This document shows, piece after piece, positions 21,290 through 33,930 of a stretch of DNA of 40,557 bases (within the stretch, counting starts at the first letter, position 1; each line of letters opens with the position of its first letter). The position numbers and the translations under genes were made by a program. The stretch lies in NCBI GenBank assembly GCA_032718475.1, contig JAUCBJ010009029.1, positions 1-40,557 on the forward strand. The letters are read 5' to 3'. Source of the stretch: Nemertoderma westbladi (lineage: Eukaryota > Animalia > Xenacoelomorpha). Below the pieces are notes generated by a model that saw nothing but the letters and a program-made list of their open reading frames with translations, ran no database searches and was not told the DNA's origin.

Positions 21290-23039
21290 ACATAAATGAT
21301 AAGGAATATATATGAGATTACAAGACAAAGGAAATTCTTTTGTATTCATTGATAAGGAAACAGACAACAAAAAACTAAAAGAGCAAATGGAATGTGGATC
21401 ATTTAAGAAAGTTGAAAAAGACCCGAGTTTTTCAATTTTAAACCAAATTACAAACTGGACTGAAAAATGAAAAGACCTGGGACTAAGCAATAAATGGGTA
21501 AATTATGTTTTATTAAACTCTGAACCTACACCGGGAACAAATTATCCAAGAATAAAACTACACAAAGAACAAGCACCTGCGCGTGTAATAACATCAGGTT
21601 GTGGTAGCGCAACAGAAAATCTTTCTCAATTTGTAGAAACATACTGCAAAAAGATAGCTAACACATTACCACATCGGGTAAAAGATACCTCACACATGCT
21701 GGAAATAATAGACGAATTAAATTTACATGAAATTGCAGATAATGATATATTGATTAGTTTTGATATTATTAATATGTTTCCTTCTATTGACAACAAAAAC
21801 GGGATCAATATAGTTTATAATAAATTAAAAGAAAGTATACATTTGTTTGATGTACCTTCTGACTGCATTATTGAAGCATTGGAAATTTGCCTAAAAAACA
21901 ACGTATCACAGTATCAAAATGAGTTTTGGATACAAACAGACGGCACTTGCATGGGACCCAAAAATTCTTGTTCTTACGCTGACATAGTGGCAGGAGATAT
22001 TGATATAAAAGTAATTAACAAGAAAAAAAGATACCCTGAATTAAGATGTTGGTTTAGATACAGAGACGATATATTCTCCATATGGCGTGGTTTAAAAAGG
22101 CATCTATTCGAATTCTTTAAGCTATTAAATACATTGGATCCAAAACTTAAGTTTACACTGGATATAGGTGCTAAATCGTTACACTTGTTAGATCTAAACA
22201 TAACAATTGAAAATAATCAGTTAACAACATCAGTGTATAGTAAACCTACAGATTCACATATATATTTAAATAGTAAATCTACCCACCCTAAATGCCAAAT
22301 CAACGGAATTCCTAAAGGAGTTGCCTTAAGGTTGAAAAGAATTAACACAAAAGATAAAGACTACGTGACTCAAGGTAACATGTACAAGAACCACCTAATT
22401 AAGTGTGGACATAATGCAGATCATGTAAATACAGTCTTTGAAGAAGTTAGGAACATGCAAAGATCGGAAGCAAGAAATTATAAAGGAAAAAACAAAAGTA
22501 TTAAAAATCCAACAGTTTTAGTAACAACGTATAACCCAATGGCTCCAAATTTTAAAAGACTTATCAGTAAACATTATGGTATATTAGAGTCAAACGAAAT
22601 GGCAAGGAAAATACTACCTCAAAACGAAATAATTGTTGCATATAAAAGAAACCCAAACCTAAAAGAACTTCTAGCACCATCCAACCCATACAAACAATTA
22701 TCATGCATTGATAATCCTGGTTGTTACAATTGTAGCGCTAAAAAGTGTGACTGTTGTGAAAATTACTTAATTGAAACCAACCATTTCAAATGTGTAGCTA
22801 CAGGCAAGACTTTTAAAATAAACAAACGACTAAACTTTTACTCGGAAAATGTAGTATATTTAGCTATCTGCATAGAATGCAATTTACAGGGTGTTGGCTC
22901 AACAATCTATTTCAAGAAGAGGCTTGGAAATTATAAATCTCATATAAAAAAAGGTGTGAAAAGTTGCCATGTCGGCGTGCATTTCATCGAAAAACACAAC
23001 AAATCCTCCAAAAACTTGAAATTTATTTTGATCGATCAA
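21290..23039 (+). mobile_element. Penelope-like element (RT plus GIY-YIG endonuclease), decayed and 3'-truncated
   Basis: DKGNSFV, IKLHK...ARVITS, SFDIINMFPSI, QTDGTCMG, RYRDDIF, VYSKPTDSHIYL..S.HP, a Cys-rich linker, and NVVYLAIC..C..QGVGST...KRL..YKS.I. Main ORF is 21696-23075; its last 12 codons read into the BEL element. Confidence 0.92.
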
Positions 23040-23543
23040 TTACCAAGAAGGGACAACGTCCACCTCTGGGATTGAGAAGTTGATATTGTCCAGGAATTTA
23101 TATTGTTCGACCTCGATGTTGGTTGGCCGTCTGGCATTGATATTTATTGACTCTATTACTTGGATGGGGTCGATGTTTGCCCCATAATCGCATCCCGGTG
23201 CTATTGCTGCTATCGCGCATCGTCCGGTTCTCATCTCCAGGACTTCTTCTTTGCTGGAGATGGTTGTTACCGCCATTCTACTTGGCCTTGTTCTCAATCC
23301 TATCTCTTCGGCCACCCAATTCTCGATTAATGTGAAGGCAGCTCCACTATCAACCCGCATCAGTGTGGTTACTGATCGATTGCCTTCTCTAATCACTCGC
23401 ACTGGTACTACCCCAAGTAACACCGTTCCTCTCTTCTTCACCCCTACCGTGCTCGTTGCCATCGTTTGGCCTTTGTTTTGACCGAACTTGATTGGCATCT
23501 CCTTGCATTGCCTAGCTCTATGTCCACTCATCACACATCGCAA
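23040..23543 (-). pseudogene. Zinc knuckle and aspartic protease fragment
   Basis: VLLGVVPVRV...LMRVDSGAAFTLI. Same frame as the gag ORF, across one TAG at 23550-23552. Confidence 0.85.
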
Positions 23544-23549
23544 GCAGAT

Positions 23550-24653
23550 CTAATTTCTCGCCGCGTACTCTACCTGATCTTCCCTGGGTAGTGCTTGCCA
23601 GTACCTGCAGTTCATGGTTTGATGAAGCGCATTTGTATGTAGCTGGCATTTGCTCTTTGGGTTGTAGCCGTCCTTATACAGTGCATTGCGTATCGTAGTT
23701 GCATTTGTACCAAAGTCCCTACTATTCTTATTGTTTGGGTTCGGCCTACTGGGCGTACAGGGGTTATATTTATTTGTGTTGTTATTTTTTCCCTGTCCGC
23801 TCCATGACGTGGTCTTACCCTCGGCTACCTGTAGACTTGCAGTCCCATGCGTCGCTGCATATGGCAGTGATTGCCTGAGCTTTGGTAATGCGTTCGACGT
23901 GTTGTGTTCTGGTCTCGGTCTATGGTAATCTGTTCTTGGTCCCTTTCCCAGGCTATCCTCGCTATAGACTGGGTTGGTTAATAACTCGGCTTCGTAGTTT
24001 AAGAAGCTCAACATTTCTTCTAAACCCGGTTCCGTACCCTTCCTATCTCGAGTGGTGAAAGCGATTTTTCTCCACTTATTGTGCAGCCAAATCGGTAGTG
24101 CATGCGCTATCGTGGTGATGTTGTTAGACGCGTTGAGTTCGTATGGCGCGTCCAGTGTCTTTAGTACGATTAGCGCCTTATCGACTTTGTTAGCAAATGT
24201 CTTTATGCTAACGGGGTTATCCTGTAGGCCTCCCGATGTTATGCCTCTCAGGGTTTGCCGGATGATCTTGGCCGGGTGCCCGTATTCCCTGTCTAACGCC
24301 CACCATGCCGTCATAAAGCCACCCTCGATGCCCTGGTATTGCCTCACGATGTCGTATGCTGGGCCTCCTGTATATACTTGCAGATATTTTAGGCACTCCG
24401 CCTGCGTCAAGTTCTTTGTTAGTATTTCGTTACTATACATGCGCCGAAATTGCAGGTATTCTTCCGGCCTGCTCCCATCAAATTTGAATGGTTCCACGGG
24501 TGGTAATTCGATCCTCGTTTTTAACGCATCGATTAATGTGGCCATGCCCATCACCTGCGCTTCCAATGGGTTCGATGGATGTTGCATAGTTTCTCCTGTT
24601 GGGTGCGGTCCGTCCGTCCTATTTCCTGCCTTCCTCTGGCTTGGGTATATCAT
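23550..24653 (-). pseudogene. gag: BEL/Pao Gag core (DUF1759-like)
   Basis: LPPVEPFKFDG..EEYLQF...CLKYLQVYTGGPAYDIV...AWWALDREYGHP...LPIWLHNKW. Flanked by in-frame stops. Confidence 0.88.
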
Positions 24654-27600
24654 TGGGGGTTACGGCCCCCTCCATATTTCTGTGTCGCATGACCTATTTT
24701 CATCCAAGGGGTTCGTTGTCCTTGCTCCTATTGGAGTATATTGTTGATATTGTGATGGGGGAATGTCACCCTGTCCCCCCCCCCCCACCGGTATGTTTGG
24801 TACTGGGGTTGATGTTAATATATTGGGGCCCATGCACCTATCCGCAATAGTTCCCCCCTCCCCTGGGTATATGTTATGTCCTTTCGTGCTGTAGTCATAC
24901 GGCTGCACTGGTACCGGTATAGGCCTATCAGCTTCTGGCCTACCTGTCGGTATGTACTCCGCGACTTCCGGGTTTAATCCCATCGTCCGCGCTATCCTAA
25001 TGCCTACATTGTCTCTGCCAGCATGGCCTATAGTATGTGCAGTAAGACCTACAGTATGTCCTACAGTTTGTATGTGTCGTTCGGGATCGAAGTTTATTTT
25101 TCTTAAATAATCCTCCCCGCGGCTACCGTATTCTCGATCGGTAGGTAGATCCCGACGGAAAGTTTCTCTTCGACCCCCTCTACTGTTCTCGTCTTCGTAC
25201 CGGTACATCGTGTACCCTTCTCTCGACGCGTAGTGCGCCTCGTCAGGTCGCGTTTCTCCGGGACGACGGCAATCTCCCGAAGTTCGACCCCACTGACACT
25301 CTCTTTCCATCCCGATTACCGACGGTTCACTATCCGTCCTCGCTCTCCTATCGTTCGCGGCGATACTTCTCCTACTATCCTCTCTTCTTCTCCTTTCAGT
25401 GTAGTATTCCGGCTCGTGAGATCTCTCGTCGACCTCCCGGTTAAATTCCACTGTTCTTCTTCCCTCTTCTGATTGGGCTCGACGCTTCGTCCGCCCTCTC
25501 TCAACATCGACCTGTCTCTCTCTGATAGATCACGTGCCGCTGAGGATACTCGCAATCCCCCTATTACTCTCCGTCGCTGGGTGCTGCGGTTTACCTGATT
25601 CGGCCCACGCATTATCCGCCGAAGCCTGTGGGACATTCTCTGTCCCCCCCTCTCGCCACTAACTTCTCGCTATGGGGTTTCTGTAGCCCCCCCCCCCCCC
25701 ACTCGCCACTAACTCCTCGTTGCGGGGCTCCTGCAGCCCCCCCCCCCCCCCCCCACTTGCCACATATCACGCCGCTACCTCTTACTTCACTTCTACACCC
25801 CTCTCCAGTCGACACAATGTTTCTACTGTGGCTAGGTCTATTTACCCCCGCCTCTCTCTCTACTACTACCTGGCCTACCAGGCCCCCCTCGGGTTGACTC
25901 AACCCCGCCACCCTCCGCCTACTAATTACGTGGCCTACCAGGCCACCGTTGGGTTGGCTCAACCCCGCCACCTCCTGCCTACTAGCTACGTGGCCTACCA
26001 GGCCGCCACCTGTCGAGTTATACACGTCCGACGCGTTCACACCAACAGCACCACTGGTATTACCATCGGTAAGATCAATTAAATCCTCCAACTCGGTTAA
26101 ATTATTCTGTGCACCCAAATTAGAAACGGAATTATTTCGTTCGTTTGAAATAAGATTATTTGAATTATCTTGCGTGACTACATTGTTTGAATTATTCTGT
26201 AAATTCGAATTCAGATTCTTATTTAGATTATTTGTATTTAAATTTAAATTATTTGGATTACTGCTATTTTCTAAATTCAAGTTACTATTCGGATTATTTT
26301 GCACGTTTAAATTGAAATTATTATTTAGGTTATTTGTATTTAAATTTAAATTACTACTAACTAGGTAAAATATTTCCTGCAATAAAAGTTTGGTTAGAGT
26401 TATCCAATACGGTACTATTAATATTAACGAAAAAAATAAATCATATAAAAAAAATATCTACTGTAGTATTATTATTACCCCCCCCCCCCCCCCCCCCCCC
26501 CGCCCGTACGGTCACACCAGTCTTGGGTCTGTTGTGCGGTTCATGTAAATGGGGTATTAATAAATGTTTCCCCGACCCTTTGCTCCTCATAAGCACTCGA
26601 GCCAGCGTCACTCTCTGACAGCCCCATCTGGGCCAGTTTCAGTCTGCGCTTCTGTTTGGTTTGGTACTGAATTAGCCCCCCTAGGCGGGCATGTAAAGCA
26701 TCCCGCACACACTTCCCCTCTGCCATTGTCTCCCGACTCTCCCGCGCGCTTTGTTTGGCCAATTCCCTCTCTCTCTCTCTCAATTCTCTCCACTCGTCTC
26801 GCCTCGCGCTCTTTACGTTCCGCCCTACGCTCTTTACGCTCACTCTCCTCTCTCGCCTCACGCTCCCTAAGCTCACTCTCCTCTCTCGCCTCACGCTCTT
26901 CTTGTTCCTTCCTCTCTATTTCCTCGCACTCCCTGAAGCTTCTTGCGGCTCTCTCGGCCCTCTCTCCGATCTCTCTAACCAGTTCCATTTCTTTCTCTAA
27001 TAGTGCTTTCCCCTCCTCCAACTGTCTCTCTACTTCTCTCTGGTCTTGCGCTATCAGTTCAAGATGACACGCCGCATTTATTTCCCTCACCCGTCTTTCT
27101 TTTACGGAGGATGTAGCAGACTTATCGGTTGTGACGGATTCTCTCCGCCTTCCCGTCCTACTAACTCTCCCCCGCCTCCCGGAACTCCCTCCGACCGACG
27201 AGACTGAATCCTCGGGGTTAACCTCGGATTTGCCCTACTCAGGTCTTCTCCAACCCGCTAATTTTACTCCCCGGGCATCGACTAAGTATGGCCCTATGTA
27301 CACTACACTAGGCTGCATACCCCTACACTCCCATAAATCATACAGTTCGTTGGCAACCCCTCTCGCTCTCTCCTTGGCCAGTTCTCTCTGTCAAAAGTGC
27401 ATTAGGTAACTAAAATGTTCGTTCGACTCACCTAGTCTTCTCCCTAACTTCACCTGGTCTATCTCGGCCCCTTCCTTGGTCTCTTTAAGTAGTTTCCGGG
27501 TCGCGTTGTAGGCCCGTCAAAGTCGATCGCTGACCCCGATGTCCTCGTCGCCGACCTCTCCCCCATCTCTCCGGGTCCGGCGTCATACCGGCGGCCCCAC

Positions 27601-27960
27601 CTTCGCCGTTCCGGTGGGCCATCCGTCGCCCTTGGCCTGTGGCTGGCCGGCGACATCGGTACGTCGACCCTCGCTCCACGTCGACTCGTCTCTTTCTCCT
27701 CCCGACTCATCCTTCCTCTACTTGACCTCCGGTTCCAGGCGGCCCCCCTCATCCTGAATTGCCGGATTGCCTGTTACCGATGGGTCCGGCGTCATGGGCC
27801 TATATCGTCTGGTCGCGGCCTTGCGGATTATTAGGTCTCCATCCGGGGTCCGGGGTCCGCGTTGGCGTTATGTTGCTCATCTTGCTAATTACTAGGGTAG
27901 CAGTTTGAGTTTGATTACTCGCGGTTTCAATTTCTTAGGACAGCAGCTTAGTTCTAATAC

Positions 27961-28514
27961 TGTGACGGGATCCAAGGAGGATCCCGGTTTATCCTGTTGT
28001 TCCAATTACACGTCCCCGACGTGTGAGCAAAAAGGGTAAGGTTAAGAGTTCTAATATTGTTGACGCTGTAGCAGTATAAATATAATAGGATAAGCACAAA
28101 TACAGTTATTGCAGTATAGATGATATTCGATATGTAGGTGAATGATGGCAGCAGTGGACGGTATTAGAAGTCACCGCTCTGCCCTAACTAACCGACTAAC
28201 AGAATGAGATAACTACTGAATGATAACATGATAGCTGGTAATATATTGCACGGGTTGGCCTCATTGCACTACCCAGCCGATGCCTTCCCCCCATTGGCTA
28301 ATAACCCTGTTGTCGCCCTTTCACTTCCCCTGAAGTGCTTCCCTTCGCCCCTGCTATTCTCTCTCTCTCGGGGGTGTAACCCCTGACCTCTATTGTGCGT
28401 TTCTCCTTCCCACTTTGTTGGGGTGACACGAAGTTGGTTGATTACCCTCGTGTTCCCCAATATTGCTTAACGGCTCACTTTATGGGTTGGTTAGCGGAAT
28501 TGGATAAGCTAACA
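27961..28514 (-). repeat. LTR copy 1
   Basis: tgtgacgggatcc...ggataagctaaca, which is TG...CA on the minus strand. Confidence 0.92.
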
Positions 28515-29539
28515 GCGATCGAGACGGATAACAGAGTCTATTACAGAATTAAACCTGGAACGAAGACGGTGGAATCTATAGGCCTAAACCTGGAACAATG
28601 CAAACAAGGCTAACTCAATACAATTTGCTTTCTTCGAATTCCTAATAATATATTTTAATCTTAATAATAAATTATTCAATTATTTTATAAGTCTTGTCAA
28701 TGTATAAGATTCCTAAAGACTAAAGAGCTAACTTTAGGAAGTTCTGCCTTATATTTTTAGAATATTATAATTAATTTTGTTATGTTTATAATGAATTGTA
28801 TCTTTTGACAGACTACTTGATGTGCGACCATGATAATAAAATTAAATGGTGCCAAAATATTTTCACTTACTTAACTGCAGGGGCAGCTAGGCTGCATACC
28901 CCTACACTCCCATAAATCATACAGTTCGTTGGCAACCCCTCTCGCTCTCTCCTTGGCCAGTTCTCTCTGTCCAAAGTGCATTAGGTAACTAAAATGTTCG
29001 TTTGACTCACCTAGTCTTCTCCCTAACTTCACCTGGTCTATCTCGGCCCCTTCCTTGGTCTCTTTAAGTAGTTTCCGGGTCGCGTTGTAGGCCCGTCGAA
29101 GTCGATCGCTGACCCCGACGTCCTCGTCGCCGACCTCTCCCCCATCTTTCCGGGTCCGGCGTCATACCAGCGGCCCCACCTTCGCCGTTCCGGTGGGCCA
29201 TCCGTCGCCCTTGGCCTGTGGCTGGCCGGCGACATCGGTACGTCGACCCTCGCTCCACGTCGACTCGTCTCTTTCTCCTCCCGACTCATCCTTCCTCTAC
29301 TCGACCTCCGGTTCCAGGCGGCCCCCCTCATCCTGAATTGCCGGATTGCCCATTACCGATGGGTCCGGCGTCGTGGGCCTATATCGTCTGGTCGCGGCCT
29401 CGCGGATCATTAGGTCTCCGTCCGGGGTCCGGGGTCCGCGTTGGCGTTATGTTGCTCATCTTGCTAATTACTAGGGTAGCAGTTTGAGTTTGATTACTCG
29501 CGGTTTCAATTTCTTAGGACAGCAGCTTAGTTCTAATAC

Positions 29540-30093
29540 TGTGACGGGATCCAAGGAGGATCCCGGTTTATCCGGTTGTTCCAATTACACGTCCCCGACG
29601 TGTGAGCGAAAAGGGTAAGGTTAAGAGTTCTAATATTGTTGACGCTGTAGCAGTATAAATATAATAGGATAAGCACAAATACAGTTATTGCAGTATAGAT
29701 GATATTCGATATGTAGGTGAATGATGGCAGCAGTGGACGGTATTAGAAGTCACCGCTCTGCCCTAACTAACCGACTAACAGAATGAGATAACTACTGAAT
29801 GATAACATGATAGCTGGTAATATATTGCACGGGTTGGCCTCATTGCACTACCCAGCCGATGCCTTCCCCCCATTGGCTAATAACCCTGTTGTCGCCCTTT
29901 CACTTCCCCTGAAGTGCTTCCCTTCACCCATGCTATTCTCTCTCTCTCGGGGGTGTAACCCCTGACCTCTATTGTGCGTTTCTCCTTCCCACTTTGTTGG
30001 GGTGACACGAAGTTGGTTGATTACCCTCGTGTTCCCCAATATTGCTTAACGGCTCACTTTATGGGTTGGTTAGCGGAATTGGATAAGCTAACA
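29540..30093 (-). repeat. LTR copy 2 (within the triplication)
   Basis: Near-identical to 27961-28514. Confidence 0.92.
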
Positions 30094-31118
30094 GCGATCG
30101 AGACGGATAACAGAGTCTATTACAGAATTAAACCTGGAACGAAGACGGTGGAATCTATAGGCCTAAACCTGGAACAATGCAAACAAGGCTAACTCAATAC
30201 AATTTGCTTTCTTCGAATTCCTAATAATATATTTTAATCTTAATAATAAATTATTCAATTATTTTATAAGTCTTGTCAATGTATAAGATTCCTAAAGACT
30301 AAAGAGCTAACTTTAGGAAGTTCTGCCTTATATTTTTAGAATATTATAATTAATTTTGTTATGTTTATAATGAATTGTATCTTTTGACAGACTACTTGAT
30401 GTGCGACCATGATAATAAAATTAAATGGTGCCAAAATATTTTCACTTACTTAACTGCAGGGGCAGCTAGGCTGCATACCCCTACACTCCCATAAATCATA
30501 CAGTTCGTTGGCAACCCCTCTCGCTCTCTCCTTGGCCAGTTCTCTCTGTCCAAAGTGCATTAGGTAACTAAAATGTTCGTTTGACTCACCTAGTCTTCTC
30601 CCTAACTTCACCTGGTCTATCTCGGCCCCTTCCTTGGTCTCTTTAAGTAGTTTCCGGGTCGCGTTGTAGGCCCGTCGAAGTCGATCGCTGACCCCGACGT
30701 CCTCGTCGCCGACCTCTCCCCCATCTCTCCGGGTCCGGCGTCATACCGGCGGCCCGACCTTCGCCGTTCCGGTGGGCCATCCGTCGCCCTTGGCCTGTGG
30801 CTGGCCGGCGACATCGGTACGTCGACCCTCGCTCCACGTCGACTCGTCTCTTTCTCCTCCCGACTCATCCTTCCTCTACTCGACCTCCGGTTCCAGGCGG
30901 CCCCCCTCATCCTGAATTGCCGGATTGCCCATTACCGATGGGTCCGGCGTCGTGGGCTTATATCGTCTGGTCGCGGCCTCGCGGATCATTAGGTCTCCGT
31001 CCGGGGTCCGGGGTCCGCGTTGGCGTTATGTTGCTCATCTTGCTAATTACTAGGGTAGCAGTTTGAGTTTGATTACTCGCGGTTTCAATTTCTTAGGACA
31101 GCAGCTTAGTTCTAATAC

Positions 31119-31672
31119 TGTGACGGGATCCAAGGAGGATCCCGGTTTATCCGGTTGTTCCAATTACACGTCCCCGGCGTGTAAGCGAAAAGGGTAAGGT
31201 TAAGAGTTCTAATATTGTTGACGCTGTAGCAGTATAAATATAATAGGATAAGCACAAATACAGTTATTGCAGTATAGATGATATTCGATATGTAGGTGAA
31301 TGATGGCAGCAGTGGACGGTATTAGAAGTCACCACTCTGCCCTAACTAACCGACTAACAGAATGAGATAACTACTGAATGATAACATGATAGCTGGTAAT
31401 ATATTGCACGGGTTGGCCTCATTGCACTACCCAGCCGATGCCTTCCCCCCATTGGCTAATAACCCTGTTGTCGCCCTTTCACTTCCCCTGAAGTGCTTCC
31501 CTTCACCCCTGCTATTCTCTCTCTCTCGGGGGTGTAACCCCTGACCTCTATTGTGCGTTTCTCCTTCCCACTTTGTTGGGGTGACACGAAGTTGGTTGAT
31601 TACCCTCGTGTTCCCCAATATTGCTTAACGGCTCACTTTATGGGTTGGTTAGCGGAATTGGATAAGCTAACA
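31119..31672 (-). repeat. LTR copy 3 (within the triplication)
   Basis: Near-identical to 27961-28514. Confidence 0.92.
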
Positions 31673-32589
31673 GCGATCGAGACGAATAACAGAGTCTATT
31701 ACAGAATTAAACCTGGAACGAAGACGGTGGAATCTATAGGCCTAAACCTGGAACAATGCAAACAAGGCTAACTCAATACAATTTGCTTTCTTCGAATTCC
31801 TAATAATATATTTTAATCTTAATAATAAATTATTCAATTATTTTATAAGTCTTGTCAATGTATAAGATTCCTAAAGACTAAAGAGCTAACTTTAGGAAGT
31901 TCTGCCTTATATTTTTAGAATATTATAATTAATTTTGTTATGTTTATAATGAATTGTATCTTTTGACAGACTACTTGATGTGCGACCGTGATAATAAAAT
32001 TAAATGGTGCCAAAATATTTTCACTTACTTAACTGCAGGGGGAGGGGGGGGGGGGGGGCAATCAATATTCTTCCCTCTCCAGGTGAAAATCTATGCAAAT
32101 AACAGCTTGTTTACTACTAAAATAAAACTGCATCCTGTTCTATAGGAAAAAACATTATAGGGGAAACTTTAGCAAGTTGTGTTTATTTTAGCCGATAGAC
32201 AAGATTACATGTTTACCAAGTTGCGTATAATTTAGTCAAAGATTGAATAAGTTACGATTTTAAATTATCAGTGGAGGGTGAAGGCGCCAGGATTCAGTTA
32301 TACTTGAATAAAGAATAGTGATTAAACCAAGTAGCCAAGGGATACGCGATATATGACACTGCTGTATAAGTTCATTGAATGACTGTTGATTTCGAAACAT
32401 TTAATTCAAAACTATATAAATGTTAATATAATGTTGGATTTTTTTTTGTAATAATTAACAGATGAATTATATTTCATTAATTTTTTTTTTTATCTAATCA
32501 CATTATTAAATAACGAAGCACAGAAATAATACTATGATTGAATATTTAATTGAAGGTACAGTACCGAATTGAATATTTTAATGGGAGAA

Positions 32590-32772
32590 TCTTTTAGGCT
32601 TGTTAAGCCTGTTCAACACCATGGGTGATCTTTCACAGTAAACCCTTCCACTCTGTTTCCCCAGTTGCCTTGGTTCCCAATCGACCACTGAAGGATGAAA
32701 GCCGGGGTTGGGCTAGGCTGCAACATTTAAAGCACTGTGCCCAAACAGTACTGCCCCATGTAGGGATCGAAC
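32590..32772 (-). mobile_element. Headless tRNA-derived SINE
   Basis: Minus strand has B box GTTCGATCCC, then ggctttcatccttcagtggtcgat, which resembles a conserved SINE central domain. A box absent. Confidence 0.55.
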
Positions 32773-33218
32773 ATTGAATATATGAGATTGCATAAGATAG
32801 AGTATTGAATATTGAATATCATCAGCCGTCATCCCGTTGGTGACTGCATTGGCAACCATTTCGACAGTTTCGATTGGTTTCGGCTCTTCAGTCCCCGAAT
32901 AGACCAATGGTCGGTGTGGTTGCTGTCCCCATGACTGAGGCTGCATTACCAACCAAAATTGCCATCTCCAGGCGTTGGAGCAGAAACTGGTGTGACCGCG
33001 GTTCGTGGATGGCACTGTGGAGACGAGCCCCGATCTCCCGGAGGAAGGTGGATGTCTCTGGACCAGGGCGGCCAAAGGTCTCAAAGGCCACGGGGTGAAA
33101 TAAATGGCCCCGGTCCATTAGGTCGCGATACTTAGAGTTTTAAATGCGCTCCGCCCCCTTAGCTGAGTGCCCCTCGGCAATGATGGTTTGTTGAAGGTGG
33201 CTGGGGGCCAGTGGATCT
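32773..33218 (-). mobile_element. 3' fragment of a CRE-like RLE non-LTR retrotransposon
   Basis: KYRDL...FHPVAFETFGRPG....FLREIGARL...LLQRLEMAILVGNAASVMGT, the typical C-terminus of animal CRE-type restriction-like endonucleases. Short 3' UTR with tattcaa repeats. Confidence 0.8.
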
Positions 33219-33930
33219 AGTAATACTGTAATAATTAACGCAAAGATATGATTAGGTAGGCCTACGTGATATTACTGTATTAATTTCTCAAACCAAACCT
33301 CCATTGACGTCAAATATATCCAATTTTTCAATCCATACTAATCCGTATGTAATTATGCAGTAATGTAGGCCTACACTGTAATGCAATACCGGTAATGTCA
33401 ATGTCCAACCAAACAATGTGTTGAGTGTTATCGAACCAGCCTACGAGAAATCTTAGGCTAATGGCACCTTGCTCTGTCGCATTAGTTTTTGTATGGTCAG
33501 GTGGTCTAGTTCCAGGCTACCAGAATCCGTTAGGCCTAGCGCATGATATAGAATCAGCACATCCTGACATCTGTACAACTCCTGAACTCACGCGGGCATT
33601 TTACAGATGGTGGTCTAATTTATATGGTCTTGTACCGCGAAACCGTGTATTATTTTATGTATTTACAGATGTAGGCTAAATTTCGGGTGTTGTACCATGC
33701 ACAGTACTGGTGGGCCTACACAGCTACTGCTATTTTGCCTAATACAGGTCCCAGAGGTAATCCTTACCCCACAGGCTGTTACTGATGACCATGGCTGATA
33801 ACCATGGAAACTAACTTGGCCTTGCAGTACTGACCGTTTGGTACCGAGAATTAGGCTTACCTGTATATATATACTGCTATACTTGACTGTCAGACTGTTG
33901 ATTATTGTACATAACTAACGCAGTAACGCT

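Larger units (their letters stand above)
23040..28514 (-). mobile_element. BEL/Pao LTR retrotransposon, 5' half (LTR, gag, protease)
   Basis: 554-bp LTR at 27961-28514 related to 12605-13142. Gag core, CLRCVMSGHRARQC knuckle and protease VDSGA. Truncated against the Penelope element. Confidence 0.92.
27308..32041. repeat. Tandem triplication, 1579-bp unit (gag start, LTR and about 370 bp of flank)
   Basis: Units start at 27308, 28887 and 30466. ORFs recur at exact 1579-bp offsets (27459, 29038, 30617). Confidence 0.97.

Noticed and set aside
28515-28613. Continuation of the Penelope GIY-YIG domain beyond the BEL LTR (...ESIGLN)
   Set aside because: Only the GLN matches the expected E..WI..L.T..P.GLN. 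There is no 3' LTR or TSD at 23040 to link the two sides.
32850-32892. Minus-strand hammerhead-like CTGAAGA...CGAAAC-t-GTC at the CRE stop codon
   Set aside because: Core words are present but stems I and II do not pair.
33782-33830. Hammerhead ribozyme (CTGATGA-ccatgg...ccatgGAAAC)
   Set aside because: Stem II is out of register by one base and no convincing stems I and III were found. An RNAMotif/Infernal search would settle it.
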